Assembly: GCA_030655095.1 (NCBI GenBank)
Contig: JAURWF010000062.1
Coordinates: 1-48,853 of the forward strand
Reading direction: 5' to 3'
DNA from: a bacterium
GTDB lineage: Bacteria > Patescibacteriota > Patescibacteriia > Patescibacteriales > GWC2-42-12
Length of the DNA stretch: 48,853 bases
Both the position numbers and the translations under genes were made by a program. The notes beneath the pieces are model-generated. The model worked only from the letters and a program-made list of their open reading frames with translations. It was not told the origin of the DNA and made no database searches. Of the stretch, positions 18,665-27,770 are shown one piece after another. How positions within the stretch are numbered: position 1 is the stretch's first letter; every line of letters begins with the position of its first letter.

Positions 18665-20017
18665 TTATACTCCTTTCCTACTCAATACAGTGGCTATTGT
18701 TTTTAAAATTATTGATAAGTCTAAATAAATAGATCTGTTTTTTATATAAAATAAATCATATTGTAATTTTTTAAAACTATCTTCTTGTGATGGCGAATGG
18801 TATTCGCCGGAAACTTGATCAGCACCTGAAAGGCCAGGCTTAATCAAAAGTCTTTCGTTGTAAAAAGGAATATGTTTTTCAAGTTCTTTTGCTATTTCTG
18901 GTCTTTCTGGACGAGGTCCAATAAAGCTCATTTCTCCTTTTATAATATTTAATAATTGTGGTAACTCATCAATTCTTGTTTTTCTTAAAAATGAGCCAAA
19001 TTTAGTTATCCGTTGGTCATTAATATGAGTAGGGGAGTAATCATTGTTTTCTTCGCGCATTGTTCTGAATTTAATTAGTTTAAAAATTTTATGATTTTTG
19101 CCTAGTCGTTGCATAATAAAAAAGACCGATCCTCTACTGGTTATTTTTATGATTATAGCAATGATAAGCCAGAATGGCAAAGTTATTAATAAAATAATTA
19201 AAGCTAATAGAAAATCATAAAATCTTTTAAAATAATCAAACCAAATTTTATTATTTTCGTTTAATTTTTCTAAAAACCACATTTGATTAATAGCTTCTAG
19301 CGGCACTTTTTTTGTGATTATTTCGTAAAAATCAGTTAAGCTAAAATAATTTATTTTTAGTGAAAGACAATTAAACAGCGCAGACCGTAATTCAGGTGAT
19401 TGGTGCGGGTCGTTGGTAAAAATTATTTGTGTTATTTTATTTTTTCTAATTAGCTCTGTTAAATCTTTTAGATCTTTAATCACGGGAATGTTGTTAATAT
19501 TTGTATCTTTATCAGTATCATTAACAATCAGAGAAATAATATAGCCTAGATGTGGTTTTTTTTGTAGCTCTTTGATTAATTCTTCTGCTAATTTATTATA
19601 GCCGATAAAAGCTATTTTATTTTTTGGTAAATATGCTTTAAGCGACCAGTTATAAAATTGACGCCAAAGATAAAATAATATTGTAAAAATTATAATATAT
19701 ATAAATAGATTTTTTTTAGGAGCAATTCCGATATTAGGAATTAAATAGAAAAATAATACAGAAGTTAAACTAGCTACAACCAACGCTTTACTGCTTATTT
19801 GAAAGAAAAAGAGATTATTAATAGCTAGATTTAAATTATAAAGATTAGCGATATAAAAAATAATTAACCATAATAAAAAAATTATAGAAAAAGGCCAAAA
19901 ATGTATTTCCAATAATTCTGTATTAAAATAGCGGATTAATAAAGTAAGATAAAGAGAGAAATAGAGAATAACTATGTCTCCACCGAGTAAAATAACTTTT
20001 TTAAATTTATTATTCAT
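18665..20017 (-). CDS. Priming polyprenyl-phosphate sugar-1-phosphate transferase (WbaP/WcaJ family)
   Basis: Four N-terminal TM segments, KR.YD, KFRTM, RKTRIDELPQL.N..KGEMS.IGPRPE, YDLFYI. Confidence 0.92.
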   Translation of the reverse strand: MNNKFKKVILLGGDIVILYFSLYLTLLIRYFNTELLEIHFWPFSIIFLLWLIIFYIANLYNLNLAINNLFFFQISSKALVVASLTSVLFFYLIPNIGIAPKKNLFIYIIIFTILFYLWRQFYNWSLKAYLPKNKIAFIGYNKLAEELIKELQKKPHLGYIISLIVNDTDKDTNINNIPVIKDLKDLTELIRKNKITQIIFTNDPHQSPELRSALFNCLSLKINYFSLTDFYEIITKKVPLEAINQMWFLEKLNENNKIWFDYFKRFYDFLLALIILLITLPFWLIIAIIIKITSRGSVFFIMQRLGKNHKIFKLIKFRTMREENNDYSPTHINDQRITKFGSFLRKTRIDELPQLLNIIKGEMSFIGPRPERPEIAKELEKHIPFYNERLLIKPGLSGADQVSGEYHSPSQEDSFKKLQYDLFYIKNRSIYLDLSIILKTIATVLSRKGV

Positions 20018-20076
20018 TGGATTAATATAACAAAAAAAGGCTTAAAAAGCAAAATTATAAAAATATTAATTTAAGA

Positions 20077-20105
20077 TTGACAAAATTTAATCCATTTGAT
20101 AAGTT
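20077..20105 (+). promoter_or_regulatory. Putative sigma70 promoter of the lysine operon
   Basis: TTGACA 20077-20082, 17-bp spacer, TAAGTT preceded by an extended TG. Confidence 0.55.
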
Positions 20106-20169
20106 GGGCATATTAAATGAACCTTGAAAAACAGCTTAAAAAGGAAATAAAAAAAGGAGGAAAAAGATC

Positions 20170-21432
20170 ATGATGACAAAAGAATTTGAGGAAAGATTAT
20201 TCTCGCGATTGCCAGCAATCGTTGAGCATTTCGGCACCCCTTTTCATATCTATGATGAAGAGGGAATTATTGAAAACGGAAAAGAATTAAAAAATCTATT
20301 TTCCGGAGTAGAGGGATTTCAGGAGTTTTTTGCAGTTAAAGCAAATCCAAATTTTGAGATATTAAAAATCATGAAAAAATTAGGATTTGGATTTGACTGC
20401 AGTTCTATCCCAGAGCTTATTCTGGCTCGTAAAGCAGGGGCGTTACCTGAAGAGATAATGTTCTCTTCAAACAACACATCCACGGCTGAGTTTATTGAGG
20501 CGACAAAAAACGGCAGTTGTTTGCTGAATCTGGATGATATCAGTATGATCAATAAGGTTCCTGCGTTTCCAGAACTAATTTGCTTTAGATATAATCCGGG
20601 CGAACGACGGACTGGAAATGAAATTATCGGGAATCCGGCAGATTCAAAATACGGAGTTCGCCATGATCAGATTGTTGAGGCTTATAAAATGGCAATGAAG
20701 CGGCAGGCAAAACGGTTCGGGCTGCATACTATGATTTGCTCCAATCAACCGGATTACACTTACATGACGAAAACCGTCAATATGTTGTTGGAAGTCGTAG
20801 AAATGGTTTCTGAAGCCTTGGGAATTAAATTTGAGTTTATCAATGTAGGCGGTGGAATTGGAATTCCATATAAACTTGATGATAAACCGTTTAATATGTC
20901 AGCATTTGCCGAAGAAGCCAAGATATTGCTGGATCAGTTTAATCAAAAGCATGGATATGCGCCAAAGTTTTTTATGGAGTCTGGCCGTTATATGGTTGGA
21001 CCTCATGGCGTATTGGTAACGAAAGTTATTAATCGTATGAGTAAGTATAAAGAATATGTTGGAGTTGATGCTTCTTGCATATCATCAATGATGCGACCAG
21101 CTATTTACTATCCTGAGGGCGGTTATCATCATATTTCAGTGTTTGGGAAAGATAATGGTCCAACTGAGAGGGTGAATGTAGTCGGGTCTGCCTGTGAAAA
21201 TAATGATCAGTTTGGCAGGGATCGTGAACTGCCAAAAATTGTTGAAGGAGATGTCGTTATTGTTCACGACACTGGTGCTCATTGTTATGTAATGGCGTCT
21301 AATTATAACGGACGGCTACGTCTACAGGAGGTGATGTTGCGTAGTAATGGTAACGTGGAATTAATCCGACGAGCAGAAACGCCTGAGGATTATTTCCGAA
21401 CGATGTTTGATTTTGAGCCAAAAACTCTTTAA
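20170..21432 (+). CDS. lysA: Diaminopimelate decarboxylase
   Basis: GTPF.IYDE, FAVKANPN (PLP lysine), DCSS..EL, SKYG, NVGGGIG, ESGRY, G..CENND, TGAH...YN. Confidence 0.93.
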   Translation: MMTKEFEERLFSRLPAIVEHFGTPFHIYDEEGIIENGKELKNLFSGVEGFQEFFAVKANPNFEILKIMKKLGFGFDCSSIPELILARKAGALPEEIMFSSNNTSTAEFIEATKNGSCLLNLDDISMINKVPAFPELICFRYNPGERRTGNEIIGNPADSKYGVRHDQIVEAYKMAMKRQAKRFGLHTMICSNQPDYTYMTKTVNMLLEVVEMVSEALGIKFEFINVGGGIGIPYKLDDKPFNMSAFAEEAKILLDQFNQKHGYAPKFFMESGRYMVGPHGVLVTKVINRMSKYKEYVGVDASCISSMMRPAIYYPEGGYHHISVFGKDNGPTERVNVVGSACENNDQFGRDRELPKIVEGDVVIVHDTGAHCYVMASNYNGRLRLQEVMLRSNGNVELIRRAETPEDYFRTMFDFEPKTL

Positions 21433-21481
21433 TGCATAAATTGCAAAAGGAGAAAAAATAAAAGTTAAGGAGGTTTAAGAA

Positions 21482-22657
21482 ATGAAAGTTATTGCATCTA
21501 AAAGAGTTCAAAGTATTGGTGGATATGCTTTTGCAGAAATAGACAAAAAAGTGGCAGAGGCAAAAGCAAGAGGGGTAGATGTCATTGATTTTGGCGTTGG
21601 CGATCCGACTGATCCTACGCCAAAATTTATTAGAAATGCTTGCAAGAAAGGCGTTGACAACAGAGCCAGCTCAGGTTACCCGAGCTACATTGGTTCTTTA
21701 GAATATCGCTCAGCTATTGCTACATGGGTGGCAAATCGTTTTGGGATTGTGCTTGATCCTAAAACAGAAATTTGTTCAACAATCGGGGCTAAAGAGGGAG
21801 TATTTCATTTTCCTTTTGGGTTTGTTAACCCAGGAGATTATGTACTCTGTCCTACCCCAGGATATCCGCCGTATAGTCGTGGCACACTTTTTGCCGGAGG
21901 GATCCCTTGGTTTTATCCTCTTTTGGAAAGAAACAATTTCTTCCCAGATTTTAAAAGCATTCCAGAGGAGATTGCTAAGAAGAGTAAAATTCTTTGGCTG
22001 AATTATCCAAATAGTCCTACGGGGGAATGCGCCACAAGGGAAATATATGAGCAAGCTATTGAGTTTGCTCAGCGTTATAACATTATTATTGCTTCGGACG
22101 AGTGTTATAGCGAGATCTATTTTGGTGAAAAGCCAATTTCTATTCTTGAATTAGCTAAAGAGGGGGCGGTAGTTTTTCAGTCATTTTCTAAGCCATATAA
22201 AATGACTGGGTACAGAGTTGGTTGGGCCATGGGTGATAGCAGAATCATAGATGTTTTTAAAAAAGTGAAGACAAATTTTGATTCCGGCACACCCACATTC
22301 ATTCAGGACGCAGCTATTGTTGCCATGGAAGAGTTAACTCATGTGGAATGTGCTCGAGAAGAATATCGGAAACGTCGGGATGTCATAGTTGAAGCTCTTG
22401 TTTCGGTCGGCTTAAAGAGGTGTCAGCCAGAGGGAACTTTCTATATTTGGCAAAAAGTTCCTAAAGGAATGACTTCTGTGAAATTTGCCGAAGTACTTTT
22501 GGAACAATGCGAAATAGTAGTAACTCCTGGTGAGGCTATTTCGGAAATAGTAGCAGACGAAACAAACCCAGGGCGGGACTTTGTTCGTTTTGCTCTTGTT
22601 CCTTCTTTGGAAAGAATCAAAGAAGCTGCAGAGCGAATAAGAAATCTAAAATTTTAG
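21482..22657 (+). CDS. dapL: LL-diaminopimelate aminotransferase-like class I/II PLP aminotransferase
   Basis: FGVGDP..PTP, LNYPNSPTG, SDECYSE, SFSK...MTGYRVG; located between lysA and dapB. Confidence 0.78.
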   Translation: MKVIASKRVQSIGGYAFAEIDKKVAEAKARGVDVIDFGVGDPTDPTPKFIRNACKKGVDNRASSGYPSYIGSLEYRSAIATWVANRFGIVLDPKTEICSTIGAKEGVFHFPFGFVNPGDYVLCPTPGYPPYSRGTLFAGGIPWFYPLLERNNFFPDFKSIPEEIAKKSKILWLNYPNSPTGECATREIYEQAIEFAQRYNIIIASDECYSEIYFGEKPISILELAKEGAVVFQSFSKPYKMTGYRVGWAMGDSRIIDVFKKVKTNFDSGTPTFIQDAAIVAMEELTHVECAREEYRKRRDVIVEALVSVGLKRCQPEGTFYIWQKVPKGMTSVKFAEVLLEQCEIVVTPGEAISEIVADETNPGRDFVRFALVPSLERIKEAAERIRNLKF

Positions 22658-22667
22658 GAGGTGTCAG

Positions 22668-23450
22668 ATGATGATTAAGGTAATAGTAAATGGAGCTGGA
22701 GGGAGTATGGGGAGGCTAATTAGTAAATATCTGTATCCTCAAAATGATATGGATTTAGTAGATGTAGTCGATCCAAAGGGTGGTACTTTGTTACTCAAGA
22801 CAATTAAAGCATCTGTTAAAGATGCGGTTGAAAACAATTGTTGCGACTTAATAGTGGATTTCACCCAGCCTAATGCTGTAAACGCAAATGCCGAGCTTTA
22901 CTGCAAGTACAATATTCCATTTGTAATGGGCACCACTGGCGGAGACAGGGAAAAACTGGCGCAAGTTGTTAAGGACAGCAATGTTTCGGCAGTTATTGCT
23001 CCAAATATGGCAAAGCAAGTTGTAGCCTTTCAGTCCATGATGGAATATGCTGCCGAAACTTTTCCCAACGCTTTTGAAGGATTTTCCTTGGAAATTGTGG
23101 AAAGTCATCAGGAGAGTAAAAAGGATACCAGCGGTACAGCTAAAGCCATGGTGGGTTATTTTAATAAGCTGAGTATTCCTTTTGATCCAGGTCAAATTGA
23201 AATGATCCGAGATCCTGAGGCGCAAAGAGCGATGGGTATTCCTGAAGAAGATCTTGGCGGACATGGTTGGCACACTTACGATTTAGTTTCTGCTGACGAA
23301 ACGGTAAACCTGAAGTTTACGCACAATATCAACGGTCGAGTCCCATATGTTCTCGGCACGCTTGATGCCATTCGATTTCTATATAAAAAGATTCAGGAGG
23401 GATCAAAAGGAGAGGTATTTTCTATGATAGATGTCTTAAAAGGCATTTGA
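22668..23450 (+). CDS. dapB: 4-hydroxy-tetrahydrodipicolinate reductase (plant/deltaproteobacterial-type DapB)
   Basis: NGA.G.MG, VDFT.P, PFVMGTTGGDR, APNMAKQ, ESHQ..K.DTSGTA, GH.WHTY. Confidence 0.9.
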   Translation: MMIKVIVNGAGGSMGRLISKYLYPQNDMDLVDVVDPKGGTLLLKTIKASVKDAVENNCCDLIVDFTQPNAVNANAELYCKYNIPFVMGTTGGDREKLAQVVKDSNVSAVIAPNMAKQVVAFQSMMEYAAETFPNAFEGFSLEIVESHQESKKDTSGTAKAMVGYFNKLSIPFDPGQIEMIRDPEAQRAMGIPEEDLGGHGWHTYDLVSADETVNLKFTHNINGRVPYVLGTLDAIRFLYKKIQEGSKGEVFSMIDVLKGI

Positions 23451-23476
23451 TCATAGATAGAAGGATTGAAACTTGA

Positions 23477-23526
23477 GACAGGGGAGAAAATGGAAAAAAT
23501 TTTCCAACCCCTGTCCTTTTTTATTT
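23477..23526 (+). terminator. Intrinsic terminator of the lysine operon
   Basis: GACAGGGG ... CCCCTGTC stem with an inner GGAAAA/TTTTCC stem, followed by a T-rich tract. Confidence 0.75.
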
Positions 23527-23607
23527 AAATTCAATGAATAATAATTAAATTTTTAAAATTTGCTTTTTAAGTTAATAGTTGTTATGATAATAATCACTTA
23601 GAAAAGA

Positions 23608-23648
23608 GATTGCCGCGTCGCTATGATTACATAGCTCCTCGCAATGAC
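23608..23648. repeat. REP-like palindrome (GATTGCCGCGTCGCT...GCTCCTCGCAATGAC type)
   Basis: GC-rich imperfect hairpin in an AT-rich spacer; inner stem GCTATG/CATAGC, outer TTGC/GCAA. Confidence 0.65.
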
Positions 23649-23658
23649 AGTGTTGTTT

Positions 23659-23786
23659 GACTTTTTTGATTTTATAGACTTTACAGACTTTTGACTTTTT
23701 TGACTTTACAGACTTTATAGACTTTACAGACTTTACAGACTTTTGACTTTTGACTTTTGACTTTACGGACTTTATGGACTTTTAAC
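23659..23786 (+). repeat. Tandem array of GACTTT(ACA/ATA/T) 7-9-mers ending 8 bp before the lepB start
   Basis: Direct reading: about 15 units. Confidence 0.95.
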
Positions 23787-23794
23787 TAATCCCT

Positions 23795-24358
23795 ATGCTT
23801 AAAAATTTTTTTGTTTTTGTTTTTGAATTGACAAAAGTTGTTCTTATTTCTTTAGCTATTATTATTCCTATTAGATATTTTTTAATTCAGCCATTTTATG
23901 TCAAAGGAGCTTCTATGGAGCCTAATTTTCATGATAGTGAATATTTAATTATCGATGAAATTAGTTATCGTTTTAATCAGCCAAAGAGAGGTGATATAAT
24001 AGTTTTTAAATATCCACGCAATCCGCAGGAATATTTTATTAAAAGAATTGTTGGTTTACCAAATGAAAAAGTACAAGTAAGAGATGGCGAAATTTATATT
24101 TTTAATAAAGAAAATCCATTAGGCATTAAGATAGATGAACCATATTTAGCTGATGGAGTAAAAACTAACGGATCTGACGAAGAGGTTATTAGTTTAAAAA
24201 ATGATGAATATTATGTTCTTGGCGATAATAGAAATTTTTCCAAAGATTCCCGTAGTTTTGGTCCTGTAAATAAAAGTTTTGTTGTTGGTAGAGTGTTATT
24301 GCGTGGCTGGCCGTTTGATAAAGTGAATTTATTTCCTGTTCAGCAATATAGTTTTTAG
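23795..24358 (+). CDS. lepB: Signal peptidase I
   Basis: TM segment, GASMEP (catalytic Ser), RGDIIVF, IKRIVGLP (catalytic Lys), GDNR..S.DSR.FG. Confidence 0.95.
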   Translation: MLKNFFVFVFELTKVVLISLAIIIPIRYFLIQPFYVKGASMEPNFHDSEYLIIDEISYRFNQPKRGDIIVFKYPRNPQEYFIKRIVGLPNEKVQVRDGEIYIFNKENPLGIKIDEPYLADGVKTNGSDEEVISLKNDEYYVLGDNRNFSKDSRSFGPVNKSFVVGRVLLRGWPFDKVNLFPVQQYSF

Positions 24359-24430
24359 TTAAAAGTCTATAAAGTCTATAAAGTCTGTAAAGTCCGTAAA
24401 GTTAAAAGTTAAAAGTTAAAAGTTTATAAA
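24357..24430 (-). repeat. Tandem array of AAAGTC/AAAGTT 7-9-mers (reverse complement of the GACTTT array) directly after the lepB stop
   Basis: aaaagtc tataaagtc tataaagtc tgtaaagtc cgtaaagtt aaaagtt aaaagtt... Confidence 0.93.
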
Positions 24431-24445
24431 TTATAAAATTATATT

Positions 24446-25810
24446 ATGCAAAAATTTATTAGAAATAAGGGGAAAATTGAAGAAATTAAGCCTTTTAAGT
24501 CAAAAAATGGTAAGGTTTTTGCTCGTCTTAGAGGAATGAAAGATGTTTTGCCTGATGAATATAGATATTGGAGTTTAATTAGCAAGAAAATAAATGAATT
24601 AACTAAAACTTATGGTTATAAGAGAATAGATACTCCTATTTTAGAAAATGCTGAGTTATATGAACGTTCAACTGGTAAGACTAGCGATATTATTGCTAAA
24701 GAAATGTTTTCTTTTATAGATAAGAATGATGATAAAATAGCTCTTAGGCCAGAAGGTACTCCAGGAATAGTTCGATCTTATGTTGAGCACGGTATGTTTA
24801 ATTTGCCACAGCCTGTTAAATTGTTTTGGCTTGGGCAAGTTTTTCGTCATGATAAGCCACAGGCTGGTCGTTTTCGTCAATTTACTCAAATTGATTTAGA
24901 ATGTATTGGCGAGAAAGGGCCTGTAATTGACGCTCAATTGATTTTGATTGCTTATAATTTTTTTAAAGAACTGCAGATTGATATAATGATACAGATTAAT
25001 AGTATTGGTTGCTCAGAGTGTCGTAAAGCATATATTAATAAATTGGAAAATTATTATAAAGAAAGAGGTAATAGAACTAAATTATGCAATGACTGTAAAA
25101 GAAGATTGGGTAAAAATAGCCTACGTCTTTTAGATTGTAAAGAAGATCAATGTATTGCCATTAGTGCTGATGCGCCACAGATTATTGACTATTTGTGCGA
25201 GGAATGTAAAAATCATTTTGTCAAAGTTTTGGAATATTTGGATGAAGTTGAAGTACCTTATAATTTAAATTCACATTTAGTTAGAGGACTAGATTATTAT
25301 TCTAAAACTGTTTTTGAGATTTGGCCGATTGATGCTGATGATAGTAATGTTGAAGTAAGTCGTCAATTAGCATTGGGTGGAGGTGGGCGTTATGACGGAT
25401 TGGTTGAATATCTAGGAGGTAGACCAGCACCTGCTTGTGGCTTTGGTATAGGTGTAGAAAGGGTTATTTTAAAAATTAAAGAAAAAAATATCCCACTAAA
25501 AGATGATGATCAGGCTGATATATTTGTTGCTCAGCTCGGTGATCAAGCCAGACGAAAAGCTATGATATTATTTGAAGAATTGCGTCGAGCAGGATTACAA
25601 GTTAGACAGGATTTTTCTAAGGATAGTTTAAAAAATCAGTTAGAAGTTGCTAATAAACTTGGAACTAAATATAGTTTAATTTTAGGTCAGAAAGAAATCG
25701 TAGATGGGACAATTTTGATTAGAGATATGGAATCAGGCATTCAGGAAGTTGTTGATTTTAAAAAAATTAGACAAGAAATTACTAAAAGATTAAATAATGA
25801 GATAAAATAA
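24446..25810 (+). CDS. hisS: Histidine--tRNA ligase
   Basis: RGMKD, LRPEGT, FR.DKPQAGRFRQF.Q, LVRGLDYY, GGGRYDGL, GFGIGVER. Confidence 0.97.
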   Translation: MQKFIRNKGKIEEIKPFKSKNGKVFARLRGMKDVLPDEYRYWSLISKKINELTKTYGYKRIDTPILENAELYERSTGKTSDIIAKEMFSFIDKNDDKIALRPEGTPGIVRSYVEHGMFNLPQPVKLFWLGQVFRHDKPQAGRFRQFTQIDLECIGEKGPVIDAQLILIAYNFFKELQIDIMIQINSIGCSECRKAYINKLENYYKERGNRTKLCNDCKRRLGKNSLRLLDCKEDQCIAISADAPQIIDYLCEECKNHFVKVLEYLDEVEVPYNLNSHLVRGLDYYSKTVFEIWPIDADDSNVEVSRQLALGGGGRYDGLVEYLGGRPAPACGFGIGVERVILKIKEKNIPLKDDDQADIFVAQLGDQARRKAMILFEELRRAGLQVRQDFSKDSLKNQLEVANKLGTKYSLILGQKEIVDGTILIRDMESGIQEVVDFKKIRQEITKRLNNEIK

Positions 25811-25833
25811 TTATAATTTTTCTAGAAAGGTAG

Positions 25834-26079
25834 GTGGGATTTGTGGTAGAATTTAAAAGAAAAAAAGGAGAAAGTTTTGAAAGTTTTTTGCGTAGATTTA
25901 ACAAAAGACTTCAACAAAGCGGTGATTTAAAAGAAGCTCGTCAGTCTCAACATACTCAGCCAAAAATCAATAAGGCTAAGCAAAAAAAACGAGCCTTGGT
26001 TGGTATGCAATTGCATTCAGAAAGAGAATATTTAAAGAAGATCGGTAAATTAAAAGAAGAACCCAAAAAACGTTGGTAA
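25834..26079 (+). CDS. rpsU: 30S ribosomal protein S21 (start codon uncertain)
   Basis: V..K.GESFES.LRRF.K..QQSG.L.EAR; small basic protein. Confidence 0.85.
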   Translation: MGFVVEFKRKKGESFESFLRRFNKRLQQSGDLKEARQSQHTQPKINKAKQKKRALVGMQLHSEREYLKKIGKLKEEPKKRW

Positions 26080-26105
26080 AATAGGTAATACAAAATATAA
26101 AAAAC

Positions 26106-26174
26106 GTAGGAACAGGGCACTGCCCTGTTCTTTTTTTTGCACGACCCTGTTTTTCTGCATCGCTCTGTCCCTAC
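26106..26174. repeat. Inverted pair of GTAG-type REP elements; the first forms a hairpin plus T8 that can act as the rpsU terminator
   Basis: GTAGGAACAGGGCACTGCCCTGTTC-T8 ... CTCTGTCCCTAC (reverse complement GTAGGGACAGAG), between convergent genes. Confidence 0.7.
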
Positions 26175-26189
26175 ATTTTTTATATTTTT

Positions 26190-27656
26190 TTACATTCCTG
26201 GTATATATTTTTTAAGATTGTTTAATAGTGTGCCTTTTAGAGTTTGTTTTATTCTATTTCTTGCTTTGCCTGTTTTGACAAATCTTAGCCAATCGCGACT
26301 GGGGGTTTTGCGTTTTTTTTCAATGATTATTTCTACTAAGTCACCGTTTTTTAACACCTGACTAAGCGGGGCAATTTTATCGTTGATTCTAACGCCTGTT
26401 GCTTTGTTCCCTATATCAGAATGAACAGCATAAGCAAAGTCTATCGGAGTAGCGCCTTCTGGCAAATCAAAAGCGTCTCCTTTTGGAGAGAATACAAAAA
26501 TTCTGTCACAAAATATATCAAATTTAATTTGTTTAATAAAATCATGAGTGTCTTCAGTTTCATGTTGGATTTTTAATATTTCTCTAATCCATCTTGGTTG
26601 TTCTTTTCGCTTTTCTTTGTTATTATTTTTTGTTTTGTAATTCCAATGAGAGGCAATTCCATATTTTGCTTCTTCGTCCATTTCTTTTGTTCTAATTTGA
26701 AATTCTGTTGTTTTTCCATCTATTCCAAAAACAGTAGTTTGTAAACTGCGATATCCATTGGGTTTTGGCACGGCGATATAATCTTTAAAACGGTTAGCTT
26801 TAGGCGTCCATAATGAATGGATAATTCCTAAAACTTTATAACAATCAGCAATAGTTGGAACAACAACACGTAAGGCAAAAACGTCATAGATTTCATCAAA
26901 TTGATAGTTTTTTTGTTGCATTTTTCTATAAATACTAAAAAGATGTTTAAATCGACTGGTAATTTGGAAATCCATTTTTTCTTTTTTAAGGCCGTCGCCT
27001 AAAATATTTTTTATTTGTTGAATATATTGATTATTCTCAATTTTTTTTTCTACTTCATATTTATATTCTAAATTTTTATATTCTTCTGGTTGTAAATATT
27101 TAAAACAAATATCTTCCATTTGCCATTTGAGCCGCCAGATTCCTAAAAGTCCTGCGACAGGAGCATAGATTTCCATAGTTTCTTTTGCGATCCGTATTTG
27201 TTTTTCAGGTGGCAGAGAGTCTAATGTGCGTAAATTATGTAAGCGGTCGGCAAATTTAATTAAAATAACTCGTAAATCATGAGCCATAGCTAAAAACATT
27301 TTGCGTAAACTTTCTCTATATCTTTCTATGCCACGATATTTTATTTTGCTTAATTTTGTTACGCCTTCTACTAGCATAGCAACTTCTTCTCCAAAATTTT
27401 TTGCAATTTCTTCTAATGTGTATTTGGTATCTTCAGGCACATCGTGAAGTAGCCCCGCGATAATTGTATTAAGATCTGTCTTCATTTGTGCTAAGACAAA
27501 CGCGGTGTGTAAACAATGTTGAATATATTGTTCGCCACTTTTTCTAAGTTGATTATTATGAGCTTTTTGAGCAAATTCAAAAGCTAGTTCTATAAGAGAA
27601 GTGTCTTCGTTAGGATTATTTTCTTTAAATTTATTTATTATTTGATTAATAGTCAT
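26190..27656 (-). CDS. RelA/SpoT family (p)ppGpp synthetase/hydrolase (HD + synthetase + TGS, lacking distal regulatory domains)
   Basis: R.SGE.Y..H, LLHDVPED, IK.ADRLHN, RFKDYIA.PK.NGY.SL, EFQIRT, TP.DFAY.VHS. Confidence 0.93.
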   Translation of the reverse strand: MTINQIINKFKENNPNEDTSLIELAFEFAQKAHNNQLRKSGEQYIQHCLHTAFVLAQMKTDLNTIIAGLLHDVPEDTKYTLEEIAKNFGEEVAMLVEGVTKLSKIKYRGIERYRESLRKMFLAMAHDLRVILIKFADRLHNLRTLDSLPPEKQIRIAKETMEIYAPVAGLLGIWRLKWQMEDICFKYLQPEEYKNLEYKYEVEKKIENNQYIQQIKNILGDGLKKEKMDFQITSRFKHLFSIYRKMQQKNYQFDEIYDVFALRVVVPTIADCYKVLGIIHSLWTPKANRFKDYIAVPKPNGYRSLQTTVFGIDGKTTEFQIRTKEMDEEAKYGIASHWNYKTKNNNKEKRKEQPRWIREILKIQHETEDTHDFIKQIKFDIFCDRIFVFSPKGDAFDLPEGATPIDFAYAVHSDIGNKATGVRINDKIAPLSQVLKNGDLVEIIIEKKRKTPSRDWLRFVKTGKARNRIKQTLKGTLLNNLKKYIPGM

Positions 27657-27735
27657 AATAATGCGAATAATATTTGTAGTTTATTAATCGGTTATGTTAT
27701 AATAATGTTATTATAAAATAGTGCATTAGTCAAAG

Positions 27736-27766
27736 GACTTTACAGACTTTATAGACTTTTAACTTT
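27736..27766 (+). repeat. Short GACTTT array immediately before the start of the first pilin-fusion gene
   Basis: gactttaca gactttata gacttttaacttt. Confidence 0.85.
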
Positions 27767-27770
27767 TTCT

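Noticed and set aside
20106..20169. Lysine riboswitch or T-box before lysA
   Set aside because: The leader is only about 60 nt and A-rich. A boxA-like ACCTTGAAAA is present but too weak to call.
26190..27656. RelA/SpoT as a truncated pseudogene
   Set aside because: The HD, synthetase and TGS motifs are intact with a clean end, and short forms are plausible in reduced genomes.
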